Shown in pieces: positions 1 to 8,966 of a DNA stretch of 56,471 nucleotides. The DNA is from Eubacteriales bacterium. Lineage in GTDB: Bacteria; Bacillota; Clostridia; Lachnospirales; JAVBJY01. Every line of letters begins with the position of its first letter. The stretch's first letter is position 1. The notes under the pieces were generated by a model that saw only the letters and a list, made by a program, of their open reading frames with translations, ran no database searches and was not told the origin of the DNA. Location: the NCBI GenBank assembly GCA_031546735.1, contig JAVBJY010000100.1, positions 1 to 56,471 of the forward strand, in the 5' to 3' direction. The position numbers and the translations under genes were made by a program.

Positions 1-40
1 CCTTACCAAGGTAGCGCTCTACCTACTGAGCTATAGCAGC
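1..40 (-). tRNA. tRNA-Thr(GGT), 5' half; the rest lies beyond the window edge
   Basis: Reverse complement reads GCTGCTA-TA-GCTC-AGTAGGTA-GAGC-G-CTACC-TT-GGT-AA-GG: acceptor 5' strand, D-arm, and anticodon arm with GGT. Confidence 0.93.
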
Positions 41-69
41 ACGTAAAAACAAACAGTTTCAACTCCAGA

Positions 70-98
70 ATAATAGCATAATTTTGCGCGCGGGTCAA
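70..98 (-). promoter_or_regulatory. sigmaA-type promoter of the tRNA
   Basis: Minus strand TTGACC-N17-TATTAT with TG extension, about 30 nt upstream of the tRNA. Confidence 0.75.
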
Positions 99-191
99 GA
101 GTGTTTTTGTGACAAATTTAATAAAACCGTATACATCGGGCTACAAAGCAATATAAATGGAATAAATAGAAAAAATAGGGTGTGATTTGGC

Positions 192-1322
192 ATGATGAAC
201 ATATATGTGGTCAAAGAGGGCGACAGCCTGTATTCGATTGCAAAACAATTTGGCGTTAACTACTTAGAGATGGCAAAGCAAAATGAGATTCCGCCAAAAG
301 AAACGTTGGTGCAAGGGCAAACAATTGTCGTCATAGATGGAAAAGAAATGCAAAAACGCGGAACGATTGATGTAAACGGTTATGCATTCCCAAACATCAA
401 GATGGAGGTGTTGATGAAAACGTTGCCCTATCTTACGTATCTATCGATTTTTAGCCATGAAGTTTTGCCCGACGGCAACGTAGCGCCGCTAGATGACCAA
501 GCGTTGATTGACGCAAGCAAGGCGCACCAGACAAAGCCCGTCATGGTCATTTCAAATATACAAGAAGGTGGGTTTAACAGTGATTTGGCTCACACCATCC
601 TAAGCGACAAGGCGGTGCAAAAGACGCTCATCGACAATGTGATGGCGATGATGAAGACGAAGGGATACGAGGGCGTAGACGTAGACTTCGAATATATTTT
701 GCCCGCCGACAGGGAGGCATACAACAGATTTTTAACCGACCTGACAGCAAGAGCTCATGCAGAGGGCTACACCGTGTCGACAGCCCTCGCACCAAAAACA
801 GGGCGAGATCAGGTGGGCACGCTGTATGAAGCGCATGACTATGCCCATCATGGGGAAACGGTCGACAAAGTGATTTTGATGACGTATGAATGGGGAAACA
901 CCAATAGTGAGCCTCGGGCGGTGGCACCGATTCCAAGCATCAAAACCGTGCTAGACTATGCCGTAACAGATATACCGCCCGAAAAAATATTAATGGGCAT
1001 TCCCAATTATGGCTATATCTGGACGTTGCCTTACGAGAAGGGGCGCCCGGCCAAGGCGGTGGGCAACTATGAAGCCGTAGACTTGGCCAGAAAATACAAC
1101 ACGATCATTGAATACGACCACGGGGAGAAAGCACCATTCTTTTATTATGACGATGAAAACCGCACGCGGCACGTCGTGTGGTTTGAGGATGCAAGAAGCA
1201 TCAATGAAAAACTGAAATTGGTGCCAGAGTATAAGTTAGCGGGTGTAAGCTATTGGACAGTCAATCGATTTTTCCCTCAAAACTGGTTGGTGCTCAGTTC
1301 GTTGTACACGATACGAAAATAA
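192..1322 (+). CDS. LysM + GH18 spore peptidoglycan hydrolase (YaaH/SleL/YdhD-like)
   Basis: N-terminal LysM (YVVKEGDSLYSIAKQFGV); GH18 motif GVDVDFE; LMTYEWG; VWFEDARS. Confidence 0.9.
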   Translation: MMNIYVVKEGDSLYSIAKQFGVNYLEMAKQNEIPPKETLVQGQTIVVIDGKEMQKRGTIDVNGYAFPNIKMEVLMKTLPYLTYLSIFSHEVLPDGNVAPLDDQALIDASKAHQTKPVMVISNIQEGGFNSDLAHTILSDKAVQKTLIDNVMAMMKTKGYEGVDVDFEYILPADREAYNRFLTDLTARAHAEGYTVSTALAPKTGRDQVGTLYEAHDYAHHGETVDKVILMTYEWGNTNSEPRAVAPIPSIKTVLDYAVTDIPPEKILMGIPNYGYIWTLPYEKGRPAKAVGNYEAVDLARKYNTIIEYDHGEKAPFFYYDDENRTRHVVWFEDARSINEKLKLVPEYKLAGVSYWTVNRFFPQNWLVLSSLYTIRK

Positions 1323-1452
1323 GCGTAATGTCGAAAATTGAATGGGATGCTTGCATTTGCATGTCGTATGGATTAAAATGGATACAACATATTTTAATCC
1401 ATACGGGGTTTAGGCAGTGCCTGATCACCGCGTATGACAAGGAGGTCTTTCT

Positions 1453-2121
1453 ATGGGTATCAAAAAAGCGTATGTAGCAGAGTTAATCGGAACAGCGGTG
1501 CTTGTCTTTATGGGGTGCGGCAGTGCGATGTTCTTGGGGTGTGACCCAAGCGGCGGGCATTTGGCGGTTGCCTTCGCATTTGGTCTATCCATCGTCGCCA
1601 TGGCGTATGTGATCGGAAACATTTCGGGCTGTCATATCAATCCGGCGGTTTCGTTGGCCATGTTGATGAGCAAAAAGTTAAGCACAGGTGATTTTGTTGG
1701 CTACGTTATTGCACAGATTGTCGGTGCCCTTGTGGGTGCAGGGCTGTTGAAGTATTTGTTTGTGATAACGGGCACCGATCTTACCGGCGGACTCGGCTCT
1801 AACGGCTTTGGCACAGTGGGCATGACAGGCGCACTCGTTGTCGAAGTGGTGTTAACCTTTATTTTTGTCTTCACCATTCTTGGCGTCACGTCGGATAAAG
1901 AAAAAAGTAGCATTGCGGGCGTTGTCATCGGCTTGACCCTCGTGTTTGTACATATCATCGGCATACCACTGACTGGTACTTCGGTGAATCCGGCTAGAAG
2001 CATAGGACCAGCTATTTTTGCTGGTGGGCAAGCATTATCCCAACTTTGGGTATTCATCGTAGCGCCCCTTGTTGGCGGCGCACTCGCCTCCCTTACCTAT
2101 CAAAAACTAAGCGCAAAATAG
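1453..2121 (+). CDS. aqpZ: MIP-family channel, aquaporin Z-like
   Basis: Two NPA motifs (SGCHINPAVS, TSVNPARS), six hydrophobic segments, AAGGAGG RBS. Confidence 0.88.
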   Translation: MGIKKAYVAELIGTAVLVFMGCGSAMFLGCDPSGGHLAVAFAFGLSIVAMAYVIGNISGCHINPAVSLAMLMSKKLSTGDFVGYVIAQIVGALVGAGLLKYLFVITGTDLTGGLGSNGFGTVGMTGALVVEVVLTFIFVFTILGVTSDKEKSSIAGVVIGLTLVFVHIIGIPLTGTSVNPARSIGPAIFAGGQALSQLWVFIVAPLVGGALASLTYQKLSAK

Positions 2122-2142
2122 CCACAATTGGGTGGGCGTGTC

Positions 2143-3642
2143 TTATTCGTCCCACCCTTTACATCGTTCGACAGCCCGATGCCATTTTGTAACACGCGTT
2201 TGCCTCTCGGCTTCTTCAAATCGAGGCGCAAATGTTGTGTTCTCTTTGGCCAGTGCCATAATGTCGGCAATCGTCTTAAAATATCCTACGGATAGACCCG
2301 CCAGATACGCGGCACCAAGGGCAGTCGTTTCTTGCATGGCGGCGCGTTCGACTGGCAGACCCAAAATATCGGCTTGAAACTGCATTAGGAATTGATTGGC
2401 GGAGGCACCGCCGTCTACCTTCAAACATTGTAACTGGATAGACGAATCGTCCGACATGGCGCGCACCACATCGAAGGTTTGATACGCCATCGATTCGACG
2501 GCGGCACGCACGATATGGGCTTTTGATGCCCCACGCGTCAAGCCGATTAAGATGCCACGGGCGTACGGATCCCAGTAGGGCGTGCCAAGCCCCACAAACG
2601 CCGGAACGAGATAAACGCCGTTTGTATCTTCAACAGACAAGGCAAGTGCTTCCGAATCGGCCGCATGCGCAATCATCTGCACTTCATCCCTTAACCACTG
2701 GATAACCGCGCCGCCGATGAAGATGCTCCCTTCGAGGGCATATTGGATGGTATCGCCGTAAGATGCCGCCATGGTCGTCAACAATCCACAGGCAGAAGAG
2801 ATGGCTTGTGCGCCCGTGTTCATGAGCAAAAAGCAACCAGTGCCATACGTGTTTTTGGCCATACCAGCATCAAAGCACATTTGACCAAAGAGCGCGCCTT
2901 GTTGGTCGCCGACGACACCGCCGATGGGGATTTTGGTGCCCATAAACATTTCGTCGGTCATGCCATACGCGTCACTGGATTTTTTGACGGTAGGGAGCAT
3001 GCCAGAGGGAATGCCTAGTTTTTTTAAAATATCTTCATCCCACGCCATTTCGTGGATGTTATACAGCATGGTGCGAGAAGCATTGGTATGGTCGGTGGCA
3101 TGCACTTTGCCGCCGGTTAGGTTCCATATGAGCCATGTATCGATGGTGCCAAACAGCAAATCACCATTTTCGGCGGCGGCACGGGCACCCTCTACATTTT
3201 CTAGTATCCATTTTAATTTTGTGGCAGAAAAATAAGAATCGAGCCGTAAGCCCGTTTTCTCCTTCACCACGTCGCCAAACCCGTCGGCTTCTAGGCGCTC
3301 GCAGTCGGCGGCTGTTCGCCTACACTGCCAGCAAATCGCATCGTATACGGGTTTGCCTGTGTGTCGGTTCCACACCACTGTGCTCTCTCTTTGGTTTGTG
3401 ATGCCGATGGCGGCAATGGCGGTGGGAGAGATGCTTTTTTTCACCAATGCCTCGATACAGACGCCCAGTTGGCTACCCCATATCTCAAGCGGATCATGGG
3501 CAACCCAACCGGGCTTTTCGTATATCTGTTTTAACTCGCGTTGAGACATGCTGACAATGGCACCCGATGCGTCGAATATGATGCACCGAGAACTGGTGGT
3601 GCCTTGGTCTATGGCCATGATGTAGGGTTTCGTTTGCGACAT
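2143..3642 (-). CDS. glpK: Glycerol kinase
   Basis: [37 protein letters not shown] motifs; start moved to ATG 3642 after GGAGG. Confidence 0.96.
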   Translation of the reverse strand: MSQTKPYIMAIDQGTTSSRCIIFDASGAIVSMSQRELKQIYEKPGWVAHDPLEIWGSQLGVCIEALVKKSISPTAIAAIGITNQRESTVVWNRHTGKPVYDAICWQCRRTAADCERLEADGFGDVVKEKTGLRLDSYFSATKLKWILENVEGARAAAENGDLLFGTIDTWLIWNLTGGKVHATDHTNASRTMLYNIHEMAWDEDILKKLGIPSGMLPTVKKSSDAYGMTDEMFMGTKIPIGGVVGDQQGALFGQMCFDAGMAKNTYGTGCFLLMNTGAQAISSACGLLTTMAASYGDTIQYALEGSIFIGGAVIQWLRDEVQMIAHAADSEALALSVEDTNGVYLVPAFVGLGTPYWDPYARGILIGLTRGASKAHIVRAAVESMAYQTFDVVRAMSDDSSIQLQCLKVDGGASANQFLMQFQADILGLPVERAAMQETTALGAAYLAGLSVGYFKTIADIMALAKENTTFAPRFEEAERQTRVTKWHRAVERCKGWDE

Positions 3643-3763
3643 AAAAAAACCTCCATTTCCTTTATAAGTTAGAATCCTAACGCAGTATCTTGCGTATAAT
3701 AAATGGGAAAATGTGTACAATATTACACGTAATGAACACCCCAAAAGAGAGGATGGAACAACA

Positions 3764-4297
3764 ATGAACATATACGATTTTACAGTGAAAAACAATGCCG
3801 GTGAGGACGTAGATCTTTCCACCTACGAAGGCAAGGTGCTACTGATCGTAAACACAGCGACACAGTGCGGCTTGACACCACAGTACGACCAGTTAGAAGA
3901 ACTATACAAAGACTATAAAGAGCGCGGGCTTGTCGTGATGGATTTTCCATGCAATCAGTTTTTAGCCCAAGCGCCCGGTTCGGATGAAGAGATTCAAAGC
4001 TTTTGCCTACTTAATTATAGCACTACATTTCCAAGATTTCAAAAGTTAGCGGTAAATGGTGAGGAGGCGCATCCGTTGTTTGCCTATCTCAAAGCGGAAG
4101 TGACCGAGACAGAGGACGAACATGCCGAAGCCTTTAAAGAAAAAATTAAAAACGTTGCGCCTTTTACGGGCGAAACGGATATCAAATGGAATTTTACAAA
4201 GTTTTTAATCGACAGGTCTGGCCATGTGGTGGGGCGGTTTTCGCCGACGTACACGCCAGAAACATTGAAGTCGCAGATTGAGAAATTGATACAATAA
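3764..4297 (+). CDS. Glutathione peroxidase family (Cys-type)
   Basis: [25 protein letters not shown] motifs; start at MNIYDF after GAGGA. Confidence 0.93.
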   Translation: MNIYDFTVKNNAGEDVDLSTYEGKVLLIVNTATQCGLTPQYDQLEELYKDYKERGLVVMDFPCNQFLAQAPGSDEEIQSFCLLNYSTTFPRFQKLAVNGEEAHPLFAYLKAEVTETEDEHAEAFKEKIKNVAPFTGETDIKWNFTKFLIDRSGHVVGRFSPTYTPETLKSQIEKLIQ

Positions 4298-4313
4298 CCC
4301 CAAAACTTTCTAT

Positions 4314-4341
4314 AGGGGCAAACGTATATTGCTTGCCCCGA
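4314..4341. repeat. Short REP-like palindrome
   Basis: TAGGGGCAA-acgtatattgc-TTGCCCC hairpin; a similar sequence occurs at about 10730-10757. Confidence 0.4.
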
Positions 4342-4376
4342 TAACCTTAAAAACACAGAAGAATGGAGAAAAGCAA

Positions 4377-5534
4377 ATGGAATTATGGGATGTTTTAGAC
4401 GAGAACCGCAACAAAACCGGACGTGTGCACGAGCGTGGCAAGCCGATGGCGGCGGGCGATTACCACCTCGTCGTGCATGTTTGGATTGTAAATGACAACG
4501 GAGAATTTTTGATTTCGAAACGTACACCGAACAAGCCATGGCCCAATATGTGGGAGTGCACGGGAGGTTCAGCGGTGACGGGCGATACAAGCCTTTCTGC
4601 CGCATTACGTGAGGTATCGGAAGAACTTGGCATACAATTAGACCCTGAAAACGGACAGCTTCTTTTGTCACGCCGCCGAGATGGATTTGATATGCCAGAT
4701 TTCTGTGATGTCTGGCTCTTTCGCCAAAATATAGACATTGCCAGTGTTGTTTTGCAAGAATATGAAACGTGTGATGCCAAGTGGGCGACAAAGGATGAAA
4801 TACTCGATATGATCAACAAGGGTGAGTTTGTGATATTTTCTGATTACACAGAGACTCTGTTTAGAGTAGCGCTTAAAGACGAATCCGTTTCCAAAGCGTG
4901 GGACTGGGAAGCCGGGAAAAGCGACATCTGGCTACAGCCAAGCGAAGAAAGCTACTATCTTATGAACCGATGGAAGCAGCAAGGGTTTTCAAAATTACTT
5001 GATTTTGGTTGCGGCCTTGGTCGTCACTCCATTTTTTATGCACAAAATGGTTTTGATGTGTCGGCATTCGACCTGTCGCCTGATGGTGTCGCGCACCTAA
5101 ACAAGTGGGCTGAAAAAGAAGGGCTACAAATTGAAACGTACATATCCGATATGCAACAGCTCCCATACGAATCAGAGCGGTTTGACTGCTTGTTTGCCTA
5201 TCATGTCATCTCCCACACCAACACAGAAGGAATGCTTCGGGTTGTGAGCGAAATCAAGCGTGTGCTAAAGAAAAACGGTGAGTTTTTTATTACGTTATGC
5301 GCAAAAGATGGAGAGAATTTTGCAGAAGGGGCATATCCTCTCATAGACGACAATACAATTCTCATCACAGATGAGGGGCCAGAAAAGAACATTCCCCATT
5401 ACCATGTGAACCTTGATGATATTATACAATTGTTTTCAGATTGCACACTCTTGCAGGTTCGGCATACAGATGATTGCTTTTTTGATGGCAAGAAACAGAA
5501 TCGTAAACATTATTTTATACTGGGTCGAAAGTAA
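4377..5534 (+). CDS. NUDIX hydrolase fused to a class I SAM-dependent methyltransferase
   Basis: Nudix box GGSAVTGDTSLSAALREVSEELG; methyltransferase motif I LLDFGCGLGRH; one open frame; start MELWDV after GGAG. Confidence 0.85.
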   Translation: MELWDVLDENRNKTGRVHERGKPMAAGDYHLVVHVWIVNDNGEFLISKRTPNKPWPNMWECTGGSAVTGDTSLSAALREVSEELGIQLDPENGQLLLSRRRDGFDMPDFCDVWLFRQNIDIASVVLQEYETCDAKWATKDEILDMINKGEFVIFSDYTETLFRVALKDESVSKAWDWEAGKSDIWLQPSEESYYLMNRWKQQGFSKLLDFGCGLGRHSIFYAQNGFDVSAFDLSPDGVAHLNKWAEKEGLQIETYISDMQQLPYESERFDCLFAYHVISHTNTEGMLRVVSEIKRVLKKNGEFFITLCAKDGENFAEGAYPLIDDNTILITDEGPEKNIPHYHVNLDDIIQLFSDCTLLQVRHTDDCFFDGKKQNRKHYFILGRK

Positions 5535-5559
5535 ATATAACGTGGAGTATATAGAGAGC

Positions 5560-5608
5560 GGGGCTGTTTCAAGGTGTGCTACATGCCTGTTGAAACAGCC
5601 CCTTTCTT
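5560..5608 (+). terminator. Intrinsic terminator-like hairpin
   Basis: GGGGCTGTTTCAA...TTGAAACAGCCCC followed by TTTCTT. Confidence 0.55.
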
Positions 5609-5694
5609 AATAAATTCGTAAGAATTTTGGTTGGTTTGCCGTCACAATTTGGCGCTATACTTAAGAAGAAGACAGCAAAAGGAGGAGAAGCACA

Positions 5695-6390
5695 ATGAAA
5701 AACACCGTCCTTGTGGTAGACGATGACAAAGAGATATGCGGTGCCCTACACATTTATTTATCCAATGAGGGGATGAATGTGTTAACCGCCCACGATGGGG
5801 TAGAGGCGCTGGGCATATTAAGCGACAGCACGACCACGGTGCATCTCATCATCATGGATCTCATGATGCCCAAGATGGATGGCATCCAAGCGATACTCAA
5901 AATTCGCGCCGACAAAGAAATACCGATTATCATTTTGTCTGCAAAATCGGCCGATAGCGACATCGTGCTCGGCTTAAACATCGGGGCGGATGATTACATC
6001 ACGAAGCCGTTTAATTTTTTAGAACTGGTGGCGCGTGTCAAATCCAATTTGCGGCGGTATACAAAGTATGAAAGCTATAAAAAGGATCAAGAGGAAATCC
6101 ACATACGCGGTCTGTCGTTGCATAAAAAGACAAAGGATGTGTCCGTCAATGGCGCAGAAGTGCGGTTGACGCCCATCGAGTTTAAAATTTTGCAGTTGTT
6201 GATGGAGAACAAGAACATTACATTTTCGATGGAGCAAATTTATGAACGTGTATGGAACGAGCCGTTTTTAAGCGGCGAGAACACAGTCGCGGTGCACATT
6301 CGACGCATCCGCGAAAAAATTGAAGCAAATCCGAAAAATCCAATTTATTTGAAGGTGGTGTGGGGTGTTGGATACAAAATTGAAAAATAA
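5695..6390 (+). CDS. OmpR/PhoB-family response regulator
   Basis: REC domain (VVDDD, MDLMMPKMDG, KPF) plus winged helix (VAVHIRRIREKIE...VWGVGY). Confidence 0.95.
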   Translation: MKNTVLVVDDDKEICGALHIYLSNEGMNVLTAHDGVEALGILSDSTTTVHLIIMDLMMPKMDGIQAILKIRADKEIPIIILSAKSADSDIVLGLNIGADDYITKPFNFLELVARVKSNLRRYTKYESYKKDQEEIHIRGLSLHKKTKDVSVNGAEVRLTPIEFKILQLLMENKNITFSMEQIYERVWNEPFLSGENTVAVHIRRIREKIEANPKNPIYLKVVWGVGYKIEK

Positions 6391-8704
6391 TGGAGAGATA
6401 GGGACAGAAAAGGAAAAGGCGCAACAAAAGGGTGGACAAAGGCGCGGAAGAGGGTTGCTTCTCTGTGGGGCATTTGTCATTTTGGTTGGCTTGTTGTACA
6501 TAAGCGGCATTAACTATCGGTATTATCAAAATGGCGATAATAGCAGTGAGAGCAGGTTTTTAAATGACTTTGTCATTCGGGGCGAGTTGGTTCGATATGC
6601 AAAAAACTTAGACCGCTACTATATTTATTATGGGGGCGAGCGTTTTGAAACAGACAAGGACGACACGAAGGTATACCCTTCGGACTTAAAAGAAAAGAAA
6701 GACGTACTGATGACAGAGTATTTGGACAAGGAACAAGGCATTATGAACCAGTATGAGGGGGCGTTTCGGAACACTTCGTATGAGGGTGCAGACGAGCATC
6801 TGCCCCAAGACACAAGCAACCCCAACGATGCGAGCAGGGCAACCTTTATCGATGCCAACCTGATGGCGAAGCGCACCCAAGCGCTAGAAGCGCTAAAGGA
6901 CGAATATAGTTTCACCGACGCCTATTTGAAGGCCGAAGTTTTAAAAGATAAAATGCAAAACTACCACGAAATTCAAAATTATTTGGCGTCGAATGCCGAC
7001 CTTCGCTATTTTATCTATGACTTGACCACCAACGAGTACCACACAAATATAAAGGCGATACAAGACGGTTCGATGACGATTTCTACCTATTTAGAGGACG
7101 TTCAATTTAATTTGGTATTGCGGCTTGACGATGCGATTTTTTCTGAACCGTTTCAAGGCGTGCCCATGTCGGAGGCATTCGCCAGACATAATTTGGGCGG
7201 GTATGTGTTTATCCCCACAGGCGGTAACGGCAACACCGAGTTCTCTAGTCGTGTGCAAGATATTTTAAACAACAGTGCAGATTATGCCAACCCCTCTTAT
7301 ATTCGATGTGTCATCTTTTCGATATTGCTTCTTGTGTTGGTTGTGGTTGCCTTTATTATGAGGAAGCAAGGTGTCTCACAGGCATTGCAATTTTTGTATG
7401 CGGGCTTTCGCAAACAACCCCTTGTCATCAAGGCGCCAGTGGGGATATTTTCGATTATATTGTTGATCGGGACATTGCCCTCCGAAAAAGCGATGATCGG
7501 ATTGTTTCTTTACCGAGATCAAGGGCAGTCGTTGTTGATGTTGGCGCTCATTTGTTTTTTATTTGCATACGGGGCGCTGTTTGTTCCCTATAGTTGGGCC
7601 ACGGTTCGTAACCCCAAGCGATTGAAGCAAGAACCAGACGTTCGGGTGCTGCAATGGGTGTGGCGTGAGATGAAAGACGCCTCCTATGTATGGAAACTGA
7701 AAGACCCCGCGCTCATCCTCTTATTTTGCGTGTTGATTTGCGGTTTGCTGGCTATGGCTTTTTTGGTGCCGCTTGTATACCGCTGGGTGTCGCATTCGAT
7801 TTGGGTACCGCCGTTGTTTTCAGGCTCGCTATGGGTCATGGGTTTAATCGCCGCCATCGCGACGATCTTGTTGCTCATCCGGTATGCCAAGTTGGGTTAT
7901 TGTATCCATGAGATGACAACGGGGAAATCAGAACAAATTCCAACGCAAAAAGGGCTCTTCACAGAACCCTTAAACAATTTGAACCGACTATCCGATGGTT
8001 TGAAACATGCCGTTAATGAAATGACGAAAAGCGAGCGGCTCAAAACCGAACTCATCACAAATGTTTCGCACGATTTGAAAACGCCACTTACCTCTATTAT
8101 CAATTATGTGGCGCTGTTAAAAAATACACCATTCAACGACCCAAACGCCACAGAATACATCGGGGTGCTAGAGCAAAAATCGAATCGGCTGAAGCTTTTG
8201 ATTGAGGATTTGTTTGAGGCCGTGTCCTTAAATAACCACGCCGTCTCTTTGCAGTTAGAGAAAGGGGATGTGGTACACTTACTCGGCCAAGCGATGGGCG
8301 AATTAAACGAGAAAATTGCCAGTTCTCAAATCGAGTTTAAGTGTACAATCGAGACGCCTCATATTTATTTAGACGTAGATGGCAAAAAAATGTGGCGGGT
8401 ATTCGATAACCTCATCGACAACATCATCAAATATTCTGCAAAACATTCTCGGGCGTACATCTCGGTTTCGTTGCAAGGGCAGAAGGCATACATTGTATTC
8501 AAAAACATCTCGGCGTACGAACTCAATGTAGCCAATGTGTCTGAATTGTTTGAGCGGTTCAAGCGGGGCGAAGCGTCACGCACCACAGAGGGCAGCGGTC
8601 TCGGGCTATCGATTGCCAGAAGCATTGTCGAACTGCACGGCGGCGAAATGCAGATCGACACAGACGGTGATTTGTTTAAGGTGACGGTTATACTGCCTGT
8701 GTAG
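6365..8704 (+). CDS. Membrane sensor histidine kinase
   Basis: H-box NVSHDLKTPLT, N-box NLIDNIIKYS, G-box GSGLGLSIA; several TM helices; overlaps the regulator's end; exact start uncertain. Confidence 0.93.
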   Translation: MLDTKLKNNGEIGTEKEKAQQKGGQRRGRGLLLCGAFVILVGLLYISGINYRYYQNGDNSSESRFLNDFVIRGELVRYAKNLDRYYIYYGGERFETDKDDTKVYPSDLKEKKDVLMTEYLDKEQGIMNQYEGAFRNTSYEGADEHLPQDTSNPNDASRATFIDANLMAKRTQALEALKDEYSFTDAYLKAEVLKDKMQNYHEIQNYLASNADLRYFIYDLTTNEYHTNIKAIQDGSMTISTYLEDVQFNLVLRLDDAIFSEPFQGVPMSEAFARHNLGGYVFIPTGGNGNTEFSSRVQDILNNSADYANPSYIRCVIFSILLLVLVVVAFIMRKQGVSQALQFLYAGFRKQPLVIKAPVGIFSIILLIGTLPSEKAMIGLFLYRDQGQSLLMLALICFLFAYGALFVPYSWATVRNPKRLKQEPDVRVLQWVWREMKDASYVWKLKDPALILLFCVLICGLLAMAFLVPLVYRWVSHSIWVPPLFSGSLWVMGLIAAIATILLLIRYAKLGYCIHEMTTGKSEQIPTQKGLFTEPLNNLNRLSDGLKHAVNEMTKSERLKTELITNVSHDLKTPLTSIINYVALLKNTPFNDPNATEYIGVLEQKSNRLKLLIEDLFEAVSLNNHAVSLQLEKGDVVHLLGQAMGELNEKIASSQIEFKCTIETPHIYLDVDGKKMWRVFDNLIDNIIKYSAKHSRAYISVSLQGQKAYIVFKNISAYELNVANVSELFERFKRGEASRTTEGSGLGLSIARSIVELHGGEMQIDTDGDLFKVTVILPV

Positions 8705-8734
8705 CACAGTGAGTTTAGAGATAAAAAGACAAGA

Positions 8735-8801
8735 CCGTGGGCGTTGCCCACCGACGAAATGGGCTGTTGCGCGACCGAAATTTTCGGTTTTGCAACAGCC
8801 C
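8735..8801. repeat. Two GC-rich palindromes (REP- or terminator-like)
   Basis: GTGGGC-gtt-GCCCAC, then GGGCTGTTGC...GCAACAGCCC with inner ACCGAAA/TTTCGGT. Confidence 0.45.
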
Positions 8802-8966
8802 CTCTGTGTTGTAATGAGGTTGGAGAACTTTGAACGGATCATACGAACGAAAAGTAATGACAATATAGTTGTAACATCCCCCATAATATGTTACAGTTAT
8901 ACAAATTATGCCTAACTACTAGCCAACGAACATTTTGTTTTATTTGGCTTATCTGGGGGGATTATA

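Noticed and set aside
1-191. Integrative element or prophage at the tRNA
   Set aside because: Only the tRNA 5' side is in view; no integrase, phage genes or att duplicate in the window
1453-3642. glpF-glpK glycerol operon
   Set aside because: The genes are convergent and the MIP has NPARS (aquaporin-type), not NPARD (glycerol facilitator)
3764-4297. Selenocysteine glutathione peroxidase
   Set aside because: The catalytic codon is TGC (Cys); no in-frame TGA
4084-4791. 235-aa antisense ORF and similar shadows (13370-14110, 19076-19690, 22463-22987, 44334-44933, 52324-52977)
   Set aside because: Antisense to well-supported genes, with no motifs or convincing RBS
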